Origin: Parcubacteria group bacterium LiPW_15
GTDB taxonomy: Bacteria; Patescibacteriota; Minisyncoccia; UBA6257; 2-01-FULL-56-20
Reading direction: 5' to 3'
Assembly (NCBI GenBank): GCA_007375645.1
Contig: VMER01000001.1
Location: 209,211-273,210, forward strand
Length of the DNA: 64,000 nucleotides
Part shown: piece after piece, positions 9,457 to 19,533 of the stretch
Numbering within the stretch: position 1 is the first letter of the stretch
Layout: each line of letters opens with the position of its first letter
Translations under genes and position numbers: made by a program
Notes under the pieces: generated by a model
The model's input: only the letters and a program-made list of their open reading frames with translations
What the model was told of the DNA's origin: nothing
The model's database searches: none

Positions 9457-10692
9457 TTACGTTGGCTTTACTGCGGATGCGTCCATGAGCGCTCCGGTCG
9501 CTCGTTCGATCCTGAGCGAGAGGAGCTGGCCGATGAGGCTGCCGGCCGCGCTGCCGACGATATAGGGAATCGCCTTCTCGGGAGTGATGGACCCGATGAC
9601 CAGCTGATGCATGGTGAGGAACCACACCCCATTCGAAAAGACCGAGGCCCAAGCAAGGTACTGCTGATTGTTCCGTTGACCGGCACGGCTCTTCAAGGTG
9701 AAGCTCAGCGCCTGCCAAGCCGAGAAGAACAGAAGCACCGCTCCGCCGGCGTATCCGATCCACGGATTCACTCCGAAGAACACGGTCTGCGGCACCAAGA
9801 GAACGCCGAGTAGAACGAGCTGGATCTTGGGCCAGGAGATGCTCCCCGTCTTTTCGCGCTCGGCTTCCTCGCTCTTCGTGAAGACGTGAATATCGAACCT
9901 GGCCTTGATGCGCTCCGCCATCTTTTGCGCCAGATTGGCGCCGATCAAAGAGCCGATGACGCTTCCGGTGGTCGTGGGCAGGAACATCGCCCAGTCCATC
10001 TTGAACTTGACGAGGATCGCGAGCTTTGCGAAGTCCGCGCCAAGATTCAAAACCACGGCGAAGAAATGGAACCAGTAGCTGTCGGCGCTTCGCGCAACCC
10101 GAAGGATCGCGAACGTGAAATTGCCGAAGATGGTGAGCGCCATGATGCTCACGAGAACCCAGGCATTGAGAGTCAGCGTGGTTTGCTCTTTCCCCGGCAG
10201 GAGAACCGTGTACCCGTTCAAGGAATAGATCTGTGAGGTAAGCAGCGCGAGGAGTACCGCAACCGTCGGCCAAAGCTTCAGAAGCTGAGGCCTTCCCTTC
10301 GCGCCTTCGGGGCTCAGACCCAACGCGGATTCAATCTTGATCGAAATGGTATTGCCGTGCAGGGTCCCCAGGATGGTCGCGAACACGTAGGGCGCGAGAA
10401 GCGCAGTGGGAAGATCGCTCTTTACGAGAAGGCGAAGCGACCAGAAGAAAGCGAAGTTAGCCGCAACCGCCGCCAAGAGATGGTAGGCGTTGCTGTTGCG
10501 ATTCGCGGACCTGCTCTGCAGGCTGTAGGTGGTGTTCTGCACGTATGCGAGAACCATCACCAAGGCGAGCGTTATGCCCGGGGCCGCGGAAAATGTCCCG
10601 CCCCAGAAAAAGAGCAGCTGGAGAACGATGATCGCTCCGATGATGCGCAAAGGATTCGTGTTCCAGAGTCGAAGCCAGAAGGATCGTTGCAT
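9457..10692 (-). CDS. Polytopic membrane protein with three internal repeats (DUF5698/UPF0316 N-terminal-like)
   Basis: Three ~95-aa repeats (Q..T/SF/Y.L.SR...RN...Y; PY..G...GSL.G); terminator at 9414-9438. Confidence 0.75.
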   Translation of the reverse strand: MQRSFWLRLWNTNPLRIIGAIIVLQLLFFWGGTFSAAPGITLALVMVLAYVQNTTYSLQSRSANRNSNAYHLLAAVAANFAFFWSLRLLVKSDLPTALLAPYVFATILGTLHGNTISIKIESALGLSPEGAKGRPQLLKLWPTVAVLLALLTSQIYSLNGYTVLLPGKEQTTLTLNAWVLVSIMALTIFGNFTFAILRVARSADSYWFHFFAVVLNLGADFAKLAILVKFKMDWAMFLPTTTGSVIGSLIGANLAQKMAERIKARFDIHVFTKSEEAEREKTGSISWPKIQLVLLGVLLVPQTVFFGVNPWIGYAGGAVLLFFSAWQALSFTLKSRAGQRNNQQYLAWASVFSNGVWFLTMHQLVIGSITPEKAIPYIVGSAAGSLIGQLLSLRIERATGALMDASAVKPT

Positions 10693-10800
10693 GGTTTTCC
10701 CCTTTCAAGTTGCAACTTATTGCTGCGTTCATACTAAACTTTGAGTTTTTAAAAAACAAGAAAGGCCCCCGACGTGAGTCGGGAGCCAAGGTGCAGTGAA

Positions 10801-13596
10801 TCAGATGGGTTCGGGAAGGAACTTGTTCCAGTCGAAGTGTCTGGGCTTCGCGAACCAATCGCGGAGGTAGTCGTGCGGAAGCATCCGCATGAGGATCGGA
10901 CCGGCATCCGGCCCATCCGCAGGGAAGGACACGAAGCAGACTCCAGTGTTGTTCGGAGGGAATCCGCCAGTCGAGCCGTAGAGATCGGTGTGCACTCCGG
11001 CAGCGCAGATGGCATAAACTCCCTTCGAAGTCTCCACCAGGCAGTAGAAGTGCTTATCCCCTACGATGGTAACGACGAAGAACTTCATGAGCCCGTAAGT
11101 GTCGTCACCGCGGACATAGTCGCTCTTCACGAACGCAGCCAGGAGATCCGACCAGCTCGAAAGCTTGGGCGGAGAACCGAGGAAGCGAAGACCCCACTCG
11201 TACCTTCCGGGCGCCTTGATGGTGCCCAGGCCGAAGGTTTCGCTGCCGAATCGCGGGGCGCAAACGGCTTTCTCGAGGAAAGCCTCCTTGCCTCGCCAAA
11301 GCGGCGATGCCAGCAGTCTGGCCCGAAGATGCCTTGCGGGATACTCGCCTTCCAGATCCGCGCCATCCAACGTGTGGATGCGATGATTTCCGTTCGGGAA
11401 GTTCAGCACGCCCACATCGCGGGTGTCGGAGATCTTCTTGTTGATCTCGCTGACACCGCGGATGGTAAGACGAGACTTTTCGAAGCGCCGGAGAACCGCG
11501 CTGTAGAAATCCACGTTCGGGTCGATGTGCCGGTCGTAGACCTGCATCATCTGATGGAACGGAAAGTGATCGCCGCGAAGATGGTGCTGACTGATGCTGA
11601 TCCGGTTGACCTCTTCGGTCAGCCTGAGAACCGCACCCATGTCGCCTCGCTCCGCTGCGCGCTGGATGTCAGCGGTGATTCCCTGGAGCCAAGCCTCGAT
11701 ACGGATGAGCGGCATGACTTCAGGGTCCGGACGGTAAGTGGGATTGAACCACAGATTGCCGTCGGTCGCATCGTCCAACTCCGCCACCATGTGAACGGGC
11801 ATGTCGCTAGCGGTAAAGAGACCTCCACGACGCATGAGCTCGATTGCAGCCTCGTTGACACCGAGATGCATGCGCTGTTTGGGGTCCCAGATGAACCGTT
11901 TCGCCGAACCGCCGAAGTGGTTGTCGGTGTTGACGTAGACGTTGTAGTACTTCGTCTTGGGGTAAGGGAACGCGAAGTTCGTGCCAAGCACCGCTTCTAC
12001 CTTGCTCAAACTCTTGATGGGCAAGGAATCGACGCTCAGAATGCCGTTCGACAGACTGATGAAAAGCGCGCCCGGTTTGAACTGCGGATTGAAGATCGCC
12101 TTGGAGATGGGATGCATCTTCCTGGTCGAGTCGCGCAACGAATCCGTAAGGAAAACGTCGTCGACACAGATCGGCGCCACGTGAACGAACTTCGTCACCG
12201 GCATCCCATCCTTGGAATCCTCCCGACCGACAAGCCGGTGATTCAAGGCATAGGGATGACAGATGATCGTAAGGTCGGCCAGCGTGTCGTTGAAGACTTC
12301 GCTGCCGTACTTGTCGCCGAAATCGGCCAGGAGCTCGTCAGAGACCGCGTCCCTGCTCGGAACGTGAAGCTTGATGCTCTTGTCATGGAGCTTGAGATAG
12401 ACGTTGCCCTGGCTGATGACCTTGCAGTTCGGGATCGCTTTCTCGAACATGCCGACCACCATGGCTCGCAGACGCAGCCGCGTGAGTTCGACCAAACGAT
12501 CGGCAACGTTGGTGAGGATGATGCGCGCTCTCATCTCGGAGAGACGCTTGACCTCCAGCTCCCACTTGTTGGTGGCCGCAAGCCCGCGACGGTGCTTCAT
12601 GGCAGCCGCGAGCTGGCCCTTGGCCATGGAAAGCTCCGCCTCGACTCGTCCCTGCTTTTGGATGGTGAGGTAGCGGCACTCGCTTTGCGCCGCCTCCGCG
12701 ATGATTTCCTCCTCCCGATATCCGAACGCGACGTAGATCGGGCCGGGAAATTCCGGAGCTCCATCCGGTCGAGTGGCGATCTTCTGCCATCCATCCATGA
12801 CTTCGCCGAATTTCTCGGCAATGGTTTGGAAGATGAGCTCGCCAGGGGGCTGGTCGCGCAAGACGCGCTTGACCTCCTCACGATAGTACCTCGGGAACCG
12901 CGCGGGATTGATGCGGATTCCGGACACCGCCGCCCTGTAGACCTTGTTGGTCCAAACGGTCTTCTTGGTGTTCATGTCGATGGTGTTCGTGAGGATGACC
13001 GCATCGGCTCCACGGAGCCTGGCCCCGATCAGAGCCCGGCGAACCGGGTTGTCGGCGATGTTGCGATCGTACTTCAGTCCGATCAGCGCGCCGTTGATGA
13101 GCGCGATTCGCGCGTTGGCACCGCCGGGCAGAACAAAGGGCTCCTGAGGTGTGATCTTCGGAAATTCGAAGCCCTCGGCGCCGGCGGGAAGATCTTCCAT
13201 GCTCAGACGCCCAACGCCAGCGACGAACTTCGTCGTGATACTGGCGTTTGTCCGCCCGGTCAAAGACTTCACCTTGTCCTTCAGAAGCTTGGACGGGATG
13301 TAGGGGTAAAAGTCCTTGTGAAAACGCTCGATGGGAACGTTGTGCCGAACGGCTTTCCTCAGATCCTCGAGCACCTTGTGAGTCCAGAGGTGTTCGCGAA
13401 CCCTGCGGGCGAATTGGCGCATGTCCAGCCGATAGGAGTTGCCGGCAAGCTGCTCGGCAAACTCCTTACTGATGGCACCGTAGATCTCGGTCACGCCGTT
13501 CTTCTTCAGAAGGAAGCCTTCACGGATCAATTCATGAACTCTCGCAGAGAGTCCGGGAATCTTCCAGGCGTCTTTTCGTTTCGCTTTGGTAGCCAT
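10801..13596 (-). CDS. Large protein with a C-terminal calcineurin-like metallophosphoesterase domain and a probable degenerate N-terminal copy
   Basis: TDNHFG, ELDDATDG, NGNH, GDKH motifs in the canonical order; AGGAGG SD. Confidence 0.7.
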   Translation of the reverse strand: MATKAKRKDAWKIPGLSARVHELIREGFLLKKNGVTEIYGAISKEFAEQLAGNSYRLDMRQFARRVREHLWTHKVLEDLRKAVRHNVPIERFHKDFYPYIPSKLLKDKVKSLTGRTNASITTKFVAGVGRLSMEDLPAGAEGFEFPKITPQEPFVLPGGANARIALINGALIGLKYDRNIADNPVRRALIGARLRGADAVILTNTIDMNTKKTVWTNKVYRAAVSGIRINPARFPRYYREEVKRVLRDQPPGELIFQTIAEKFGEVMDGWQKIATRPDGAPEFPGPIYVAFGYREEEIIAEAAQSECRYLTIQKQGRVEAELSMAKGQLAAAMKHRRGLAATNKWELEVKRLSEMRARIILTNVADRLVELTRLRLRAMVVGMFEKAIPNCKVISQGNVYLKLHDKSIKLHVPSRDAVSDELLADFGDKYGSEVFNDTLADLTIICHPYALNHRLVGREDSKDGMPVTKFVHVAPICVDDVFLTDSLRDSTRKMHPISKAIFNPQFKPGALFISLSNGILSVDSLPIKSLSKVEAVLGTNFAFPYPKTKYYNVYVNTDNHFGGSAKRFIWDPKQRMHLGVNEAAIELMRRGGLFTASDMPVHMVAELDDATDGNLWFNPTYRPDPEVMPLIRIEAWLQGITADIQRAAERGDMGAVLRLTEEVNRISISQHHLRGDHFPFHQMMQVYDRHIDPNVDFYSAVLRRFEKSRLTIRGVSEINKKISDTRDVGVLNFPNGNHRIHTLDGADLEGEYPARHLRARLLASPLWRGKEAFLEKAVCAPRFGSETFGLGTIKAPGRYEWGLRFLGSPPKLSSWSDLLAAFVKSDYVRGDDTYGLMKFFVVTIVGDKHFYCLVETSKGVYAICAAGVHTDLYGSTGGFPPNNTGVCFVSFPADGPDAGPILMRMLPHDYLRDWFAKPRHFDWNKFLPEPI

Positions 13597-13760
13597 TTGG
13601 CATACCTCCTTTTCGTTTCTTCTTTTCAGTTGTCAGGCTGCTGATTTCATTCTAGGCAAAACTGAGTCGACCGCAATAGCTCCGAAACAAATATGGATTA
13701 AAAACAAAAGCCCCGCGAATGTCGAGTGACTCTCGCGGGGCTTTTACAATTATTTTTTAT

Positions 13761-14330
13761 TTAACTTTTGTCTACGCGCTCTACGTACTCGCCGGTCTCG
13801 GTATTAATTTTTACAACATCTCCTTCGTTGATAAAAAGCGGAGCATTAATAGTCGCGCCACCCTCCAAAGTAATAACTTTATTTCCGCCCTGCGCGGTAT
13901 TCCCTTTTATAGACGGCGGAGCCTCTACAACCTTAAAGTCCATCTTGATCGGCATAGCCACTTTGATGACCTTGTCTTTAAATATAGTGGCGACAACCGG
14001 GGTGTTCGGCTTCAAGAACTTGGCCGAGTCCCCTATCACCTCTCCGGAAAGCGAAAATCTATCCGCGGCATTCTTCTCATCGCAGAACCAATACTCTCCG
14101 CGGTTAGCGTAAAGAAATTTGGAATTCTTTCTTTCTATCTCCGCTTCTTCAAAACTATCCGAACCTTGCCAATTGCGTTCCAAAATTTTTCCGGTTATCA
14201 AATTTCTTATCTTGGTGTTCACGGTCGCCTTCCGTTGCTGCATACGCAAAAAATTCATCTCCAAAACTTCGTAGGGAGCGCCCTCCAAAATAAATAAGGT
14301 TCCTTTGGTTAATTCGTTATATGAAAGCAT
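13761..14330 (-). CDS. efp: Elongation factor P
   Basis: PPSIKGNTAQGG.K, PLFINEGDVVKINTETGEYVER motifs; tip loop MQQRK. Confidence 0.95.
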   Translation of the reverse strand: MLSYNELTKGTLFILEGAPYEVLEMNFLRMQQRKATVNTKIRNLITGKILERNWQGSDSFEEAEIERKNSKFLYANRGEYWFCDEKNAADRFSLSGEVIGDSAKFLKPNTPVVATIFKDKVIKVAMPIKMDFKVVEAPPSIKGNTAQGGNKVITLEGGATINAPLFINEGDVVKINTETGEYVERVDKS

Positions 14331-14431
14331 CGGTCTTATTAAAATTTGTTCGCGACAGCCTTGTCATGATACCAAAATAAATATTTTTGTCCACCAAACA
14401 AAAAATCACCCCGTTCGGAGTGATTCTTTGC

Positions 14432-14728
14432 CTATTCTGTCGGAGCGGCCGGCGCCTCCGGTCTCTCAAAAGTCGAACCTTCGGGTTCTTCGATTTTCAG
14501 ATTCACCCGAGCATTATTTTTCATACCGACAATCCTCAAAAGCGAACGGATGGCCTTGGCGGTCGAACCTTGGCGGCCGACGACTTGGCCCATGTCTTGC
14601 GGATGCACTCGGAGCGTCAAAAGTACGCCTTGTTCGTCTATTCTGCGTTCAATCTTAATATCATCCGGGTGGTCAACCAGAGCCTTTACAAGGCTCGATA
14701 GAAATTCCTGATCTGCGGTGTTATTCAT
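14432..14728 (-). CDS. khpA: KH-domain RNA-binding protein KhpA
   Basis: DMGQVVGRQGSTAKAIR motif; downstream of rpsP. Confidence 0.9.
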   Translation of the reverse strand: MNNTADQEFLSSLVKALVDHPDDIKIERRIDEQGVLLTLRVHPQDMGQVVGRQGSTAKAIRSLLRIVGMKNNARVNLKIEEPEGSTFERPEAPAAPTE

Positions 14729-14798
14729 TTTTAAATAGAATTCGCGACCTTTCAAAAAACATACGACCCACAACCAACAACTTACAACCTAAACCGAA

Positions 14799-15083
14799 TT
14801 ACGCTTTCTTTTCTTTCTTCGCCTTAGTTTTAACGGCAACTTTTTTCGCATCCACGATCTTTTCTTTCACCAAGATATTGTGGAGCGAGGGGCTGGCTAG
14901 AGCTCCAACCTTGAGCCAATAATTGACTCTCTCCTTATTCAAAGTCGCCTTCTTGCTGAAGGGGTTATACGAGCCCAAATCCTCGAGCGCTTCGCCGGTC
15001 AGCTTGGAACGCTTTTCGGCAACCACAACCCGGTAGCTCGGCTGATGCTTTTTGCCTCTCCTTGAAAGTCTTATTACCAACAT
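14799..15083 (-). CDS. rpsP: 30S ribosomal protein S16
   Basis: MLVIRLSRRGKKHQPSYRVVV...LGSYNP. Confidence 0.96.
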   Translation of the reverse strand: MLVIRLSRRGKKHQPSYRVVVAEKRSKLTGEALEDLGSYNPFSKKATLNKERVNYWLKVGALASPSLHNILVKEKIVDAKKVAVKTKAKKEKKA

Positions 15084-15185
15084 GTTTTCCAAGTCTAACA
15101 AAAAACCGAAAAAGGTCAACCCCCATATGATTTTATTGACAGTTCTAGGGTCAAAGAGAATACTTCAGGCAGCACAGGAGGAGTT

Positions 15186-15938
15186 ATGCGCATCCGAGGA
15201 ATCCTCATCGTTCTTTTCTTCCCACTGCTTCTGAACGCTCAAGACAACGAGACCTGCAAGGACAATGAGCCTCCGGCGGACTACAACGATCCCATGGAGG
15301 CAATCAAGGCAAGGGCGATCAAGATCGCCCAGGACAGATACGTGAGGCTTGAAGCACAGAGCATTCTCGAGGAAGACTCCGATGAACCGTTTTCCGCAAC
15401 CGCAGTCCGTGTCGGCTGCAGACTGCTCATTTCCAACTTCCACGCGCTTCAGGCGCACTTCGTCACCAGGGAACCAGTCGCTGCCATAGGACCGGTCGAG
15501 AAGGAAAGGTTGGCGGAAATCAGCGTTAAGGGCCTGACTTCGCCCCGCGACCTGATCGCGATCGAATCCGAGACCGCGGTTGCAGGTTTACCACCGATCA
15601 AATTCGCAGAAAAAGTCTCCCCCGGAGAAGTGGTCCTGAACTGGTCGAACGCCAACGGAAGGAATGGATTCCTGAAGTTCTACTACGTTGCTCGAGGCGA
15701 AAAGAATGGTTTCATTCTCCTCGATCGACCGGCCATTCCCGGAGAATCCGGTTTCGGCCTTTTCAATCTCAAAGGAGAATTGGTGGGAATCGTGTCCGCC
15801 AACATCCAGCGCGGCGATGACAACGACGAAGAACCGCCCCAAAGGTTCTACGGCATGGTCATAGCTGCGAATACCGTGAAGGCGTTCCTGCGGGCGATGG
15901 ACGAAGACGTGGGAGCCCTGAACGAGTGCAAGAAGTGA
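15186..15938 (+). CDS. Secreted trypsin-like (S1) serine protease
   Basis: Signal peptide; SNFH, DLIAI and PGESG.GLFN..GELVGI triad motifs; AGGAGG SD. Confidence 0.8.
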   Translation: MRIRGILIVLFFPLLLNAQDNETCKDNEPPADYNDPMEAIKARAIKIAQDRYVRLEAQSILEEDSDEPFSATAVRVGCRLLISNFHALQAHFVTREPVAAIGPVEKERLAEISVKGLTSPRDLIAIESETAVAGLPPIKFAEKVSPGEVVLNWSNANGRNGFLKFYYVARGEKNGFILLDRPAIPGESGFGLFNLKGELVGIVSANIQRGDDNDEEPPQRFYGMVIAANTVKAFLRAMDEDVGALNECKK

Positions 15939-15975
15939 GCACAAGCCGCCCCGCGAATAGCGGGGCGGATTTATA

Positions 15976-16995
15976 TTATTTGGAGGAAGAAATTATTTTC
16001 GGATACATATCGAGAAGCGCAAAGAGCAGGCTTATTACCAACGGCCCGGCGATAAATCCAATAGGACCGAAAAAACTCACGCCGCCCAAAATACTCAAAA
16101 GCACGATGAACGGATGCGCGTCCACTCCTTTTTCCATAAGCTTGGGACGCAGATAGTTATCCAGGGTTCCCACGATAAGAAGCCCCCAAACCAAGTTCCC
16201 TACTCCGGCAAAAGTTGAACCGGCGATAAAAAGATAGATAGACGCGGGAATAACCACGAGGCCCGTACCTACGGCCGGGATAAGCGCGGCGAGCGCCGCC
16301 ACGAGTCCCCAAAGAATGGGCTGAGGTAAACCGAAAATAAAGAATCCGAACCCGGCGACCAAACCTTGGATTACCGCAACAATCAATGTCCCCTTTATGG
16401 TGGAACTTGCCGCAGTCTCAAGTTTTCCCAAAAGTTCATCGTCCACTCCTTTGGGCATAGGGCTCAATATCGCAAATCTATTTCTTATTTCTTTTCCGTT
16501 TTTAAGACAGAAAAAAAGCGAGAAAAGTCCGAGTACCAAATTCAAGAACGCCGTGGCCACACCGGAGAAAAGCGATCCCAGATGGGCGAGCAGCCAATCA
16601 AGCGCTCCCCTCGCATAGGAATCAACGTCCACAGAAGAGAATGTGAGTTGCGGGACAACCACTTCGATCTTCGAAGCCACCGCATCTATCACCGCGTTTA
16701 TGCCGGCTCCGGCCTCTAGGCCCATATACGCCTGCCTGGCCTCCAAAACAAGCTGTGTTCCTATCGCGGACGCAGGCACAAGAACCAAGAGAACCACCAG
16801 AAGAACGGTCAAAAGAGCGGCTATCGTGGCATGTCCCTTCATCTTCTTATCGAAATATCTATTTATCGGCGAAAACACCACCGCTAAGACCGTTCCGAAG
16901 AAGATCGCCCCGAGATATGGACGTAAGATGAAAAATACCAAAAGCGATACGCCGATGAACAGAGTTAAAAAGAAATATTTTTGATTCTGCTGCAT
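15976..16995 (-). CDS. AI-2E family transporter
   Basis: Multi-TM; DNYLRPKLM and FGPIGFIAGPLV motifs. Confidence 0.9.
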   Translation of the reverse strand: MQQNQKYFFLTLFIGVSLLVFFILRPYLGAIFFGTVLAVVFSPINRYFDKKMKGHATIAALLTVLLVVLLVLVPASAIGTQLVLEARQAYMGLEAGAGINAVIDAVASKIEVVVPQLTFSSVDVDSYARGALDWLLAHLGSLFSGVATAFLNLVLGLFSLFFCLKNGKEIRNRFAILSPMPKGVDDELLGKLETAASSTIKGTLIVAVIQGLVAGFGFFIFGLPQPILWGLVAALAALIPAVGTGLVVIPASIYLFIAGSTFAGVGNLVWGLLIVGTLDNYLRPKLMEKGVDAHPFIVLLSILGGVSFFGPIGFIAGPLVISLLFALLDMYPKIISSSK

Positions 16996-16996
16996 T

Positions 16997-18646
16997 TTAT
17001 TTTGATTTTGATTTTATTTTCGACAAAGCGTATTCCAGGCTCGAACCAACTTTCTTTCCGGGATTAAAGATATTTTCCGGGTCAAATATCTTTTTTACTT
17101 CTTCAAAAAGACCGTAAACCTTTTCTCCATACATTTTCTTGAGATAGGGACTGCGTATCAATCCATCGTTATGCTCGGCGGTGATGGAGCCGTGGAATGT
17201 GAGAACAAGCGCATAAACCTTTTCCATAAGTTCCGGGATTATCCTTTTGGTTTCCGGATCATCCAGATTCATCAACGGAATTATGTGAAAATTGCCGTTT
17301 CCAATATGCCCCGCAATCGTATAAATCAGTTTCCCAGAATATGGTAGAAGTATAGCATCAAGTCGAGGTAAAAACTCGCTCAAATCTTCCGGACGGACAA
17401 CAAAATCATCGATAAACGGCGCAGTCTGCTTGTCTTTTATCCTATTCCTCAAAAGATTGAAGCTTTCTCGTCGCATGGTCCAATACTTATCTCCTTCGGC
17501 TTCGCTTTTGATGACCCTGATCGTTATCGGAAGTTTCGTGAGGTCATCCCGCATTCGAACCAGCCGCTCGTCCAATTTGCCCTCGTCGTTATCGGTAAGT
17601 TCCACCAGGAAAATCAATTTGGGCACACCGCCCCGCAAGACCATAAAAAACTCCGGCAGGAACTGAAGCGCGAGTTTCAAAAAATTCTTGGCTTTCATAA
17701 CCCGGATAATATCAAAAAAGAATCTGAGCGCGATCTTTAGAGTATTGTCGTCAAAGGACTCGATGCTTTCCGGGTGATAAGCGAGCGCCCGGCGCGCGAA
17801 TTCGCTGACCGGCTTCTGGTCTTTCAAAAACGCCACCAAAAGTTTTGAGTATTTCTTTTTGGGAATGAGTTTTAATCTGGCTTCGGTTATAAGCCCCAAA
17901 GTCCCCTGTGCCCCGCAAAAAAGCTTGGCCAGATTAAAATGCTCGCCGTCCCAGATATTCCAAAGCGCGTACCCTGCGGTATTCTTGCTGACCTTCGGTC
18001 TCGCATTTTCTATCGTTTCCAAGTTATCAAAAACAAGCGAACGCATTTTGGAATATATCTTCCCTTCAAAATTATTTTCCGCGGCCTTCGCTTCCAACTC
18101 CTTTCGGGCCAGGGGTCCGAAAGAATATTCTTCGCCGTCGGACAAAACCGCCTTAACCTCGGTAATATATTTTTCGGTTTGCCCATAGGCCAAAGTTTTT
18201 TCTCCGGCAGAATTATTGGCCACCATCCCCCCTAGGGCACAGATACTCTTGGAGGCCGGGTAAGACGGCAACATCACTCCAAGTTTGTCCGTCTCTTTTT
18301 CCAGATCTCGGTAAAATAATCCAGGCTCTACAACTGCTTCATCTTTGTTTAACCCGATAAGCTTGTTTAAGTGCGCGGTAAAATCCACCACGATGGATTC
18401 GCCCAATGGTCCGCCGCCCATGTCGGTTCCACCGGAACGCGCCGATATTTCCATTTTGATGTCCCCTGCCGCCCGGTGCGCGGAAACGAATTTAACGAGC
18501 GCTTTAAGCGCGTCTCTGGTTTTGGGCCGAACAATAACCTGCGGCTTTATTTCAAAAATAGATGCATCCCGCGCGTAAAACTCCCGGGACTTTTCGTCAT
18601 CCAATACTTCTCCGTCAAATATTTTTTCTATCGCCTCTTTAAGCAC
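16997..18646 (-). CDS. FAD-binding oxidoreductase (GlcD/D-lactate dehydrogenase-like)
   Basis: RSGGT, LGGMVANN, GAQGTLG, AEHNDG, FDPENIFNPGK motifs. Confidence 0.9.
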   Translation of the reverse strand: MLKEAIEKIFDGEVLDDEKSREFYARDASIFEIKPQVIVRPKTRDALKALVKFVSAHRAAGDIKMEISARSGGTDMGGGPLGESIVVDFTAHLNKLIGLNKDEAVVEPGLFYRDLEKETDKLGVMLPSYPASKSICALGGMVANNSAGEKTLAYGQTEKYITEVKAVLSDGEEYSFGPLARKELEAKAAENNFEGKIYSKMRSLVFDNLETIENARPKVSKNTAGYALWNIWDGEHFNLAKLFCGAQGTLGLITEARLKLIPKKKYSKLLVAFLKDQKPVSEFARRALAYHPESIESFDDNTLKIALRFFFDIIRVMKAKNFLKLALQFLPEFFMVLRGGVPKLIFLVELTDNDEGKLDERLVRMRDDLTKLPITIRVIKSEAEGDKYWTMRRESFNLLRNRIKDKQTAPFIDDFVVRPEDLSEFLPRLDAILLPYSGKLIYTIAGHIGNGNFHIIPLMNLDDPETKRIIPELMEKVYALVLTFHGSITAEHNDGLIRSPYLKKMYGEKVYGLFEEVKKIFDPENIFNPGKKVGSSLEYALSKIKSKSK

Positions 18647-18742
18647 TGACTTAATTATACAAGTTCACAACAAAAAACCCGCCAGAGGTCCGATTGGACA
18701 TGGCGGGGATAACGAACTTTCGAAAGCAGTCGGAGAAAGAGC

Positions 18743-19333
18743 TTACGAAATGAGGTCGGCGAGTACCTTGCCCCAGTCCTTGCGCCTGTCCCCGCACAGA
18801 GGAGCCTGTACGAACACCGCCTTAGCGCCGTTAATCGTGAAGCTGGAAATCTCTCCGTTCGCAAAGTAGCTCGGGTTCAAGCACTCGATGGCCGCGATCA
18901 TGGCGTCTTCGTGGTGGTTTCCGTCCGTGACCATGGCCACGAACTTTGCCCCAAGGCTGGCCGCCTTGAGCGCAATCACGAAGCCGTAGGGAACCTCCTC
19001 TCCCGGTCTGTACACTCCCGGTCCGATCGTTTTCATGCTCACCGGCATCATCATGTCGGTGAGGACGACCTCAAACTCGAAAGGAATGACGGACTTGGTC
19101 TCGGATTCCCTTAACGCTTGCCAGTAGGCGCTCCACTCCCTGTCGGAATAATCCGGCTTCTCGGCGAAGCCAGCATCAATGAGGAGGCGCTGGACGTTGT
19201 CGGCATCGACTTTCTTTCTCATGATGTCCATAGCCTCATCGAACGACGAGATGATAGTGAGATCGTGGCCCTTGAGGGTCGCTCTAGCAGACTCGTGGTT
19301 GAATCGACTGTTGTCGATCACGAGAATCTTCAT
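18743..19333 (-). CDS. Stand-alone response-regulator receiver-like protein with a helical insertion
   Basis: MKILVIDN...VVLTDMMMP...G...MVTD; AGGAG SD. Confidence 0.7.
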   Translation of the reverse strand: MKILVIDNSRFNHESARATLKGHDLTIISSFDEAMDIMRKKVDADNVQRLLIDAGFAEKPDYSDREWSAYWQALRESETKSVIPFEFEVVLTDMMMPVSMKTIGPGVYRPGEEVPYGFVIALKAASLGAKFVAMVTDGNHHEDAMIAAIECLNPSYFANGEISSFTINGAKAVFVQAPLCGDRRKDWGKVLADLIS

Positions 19334-19533
19334 CGCTTCTCCTGCCTTTCTTTTGAATGTGCGGTAAGCCTGTTTCAGCTTTGTGCGGAAAGTATAATAT
19401 ATTTTCACATTTTGGTCAAGTCATATAGTTTCGCTAAAAAGAAATGCCCCGACCATTTGGTCGGGGCATACAAAGAACTACAAGGAGGTTTCGCGGAACT
19501 TCTCCCAAAGCGGCAACTCACCGCGCATGAACA

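Noticed and set aside
10774-13644. 956-aa plus-strand ORF
   Set aside because: Antisense shadow of the 931-aa minus-strand gene, which has the SD, catalytic motifs and consistent codon bias
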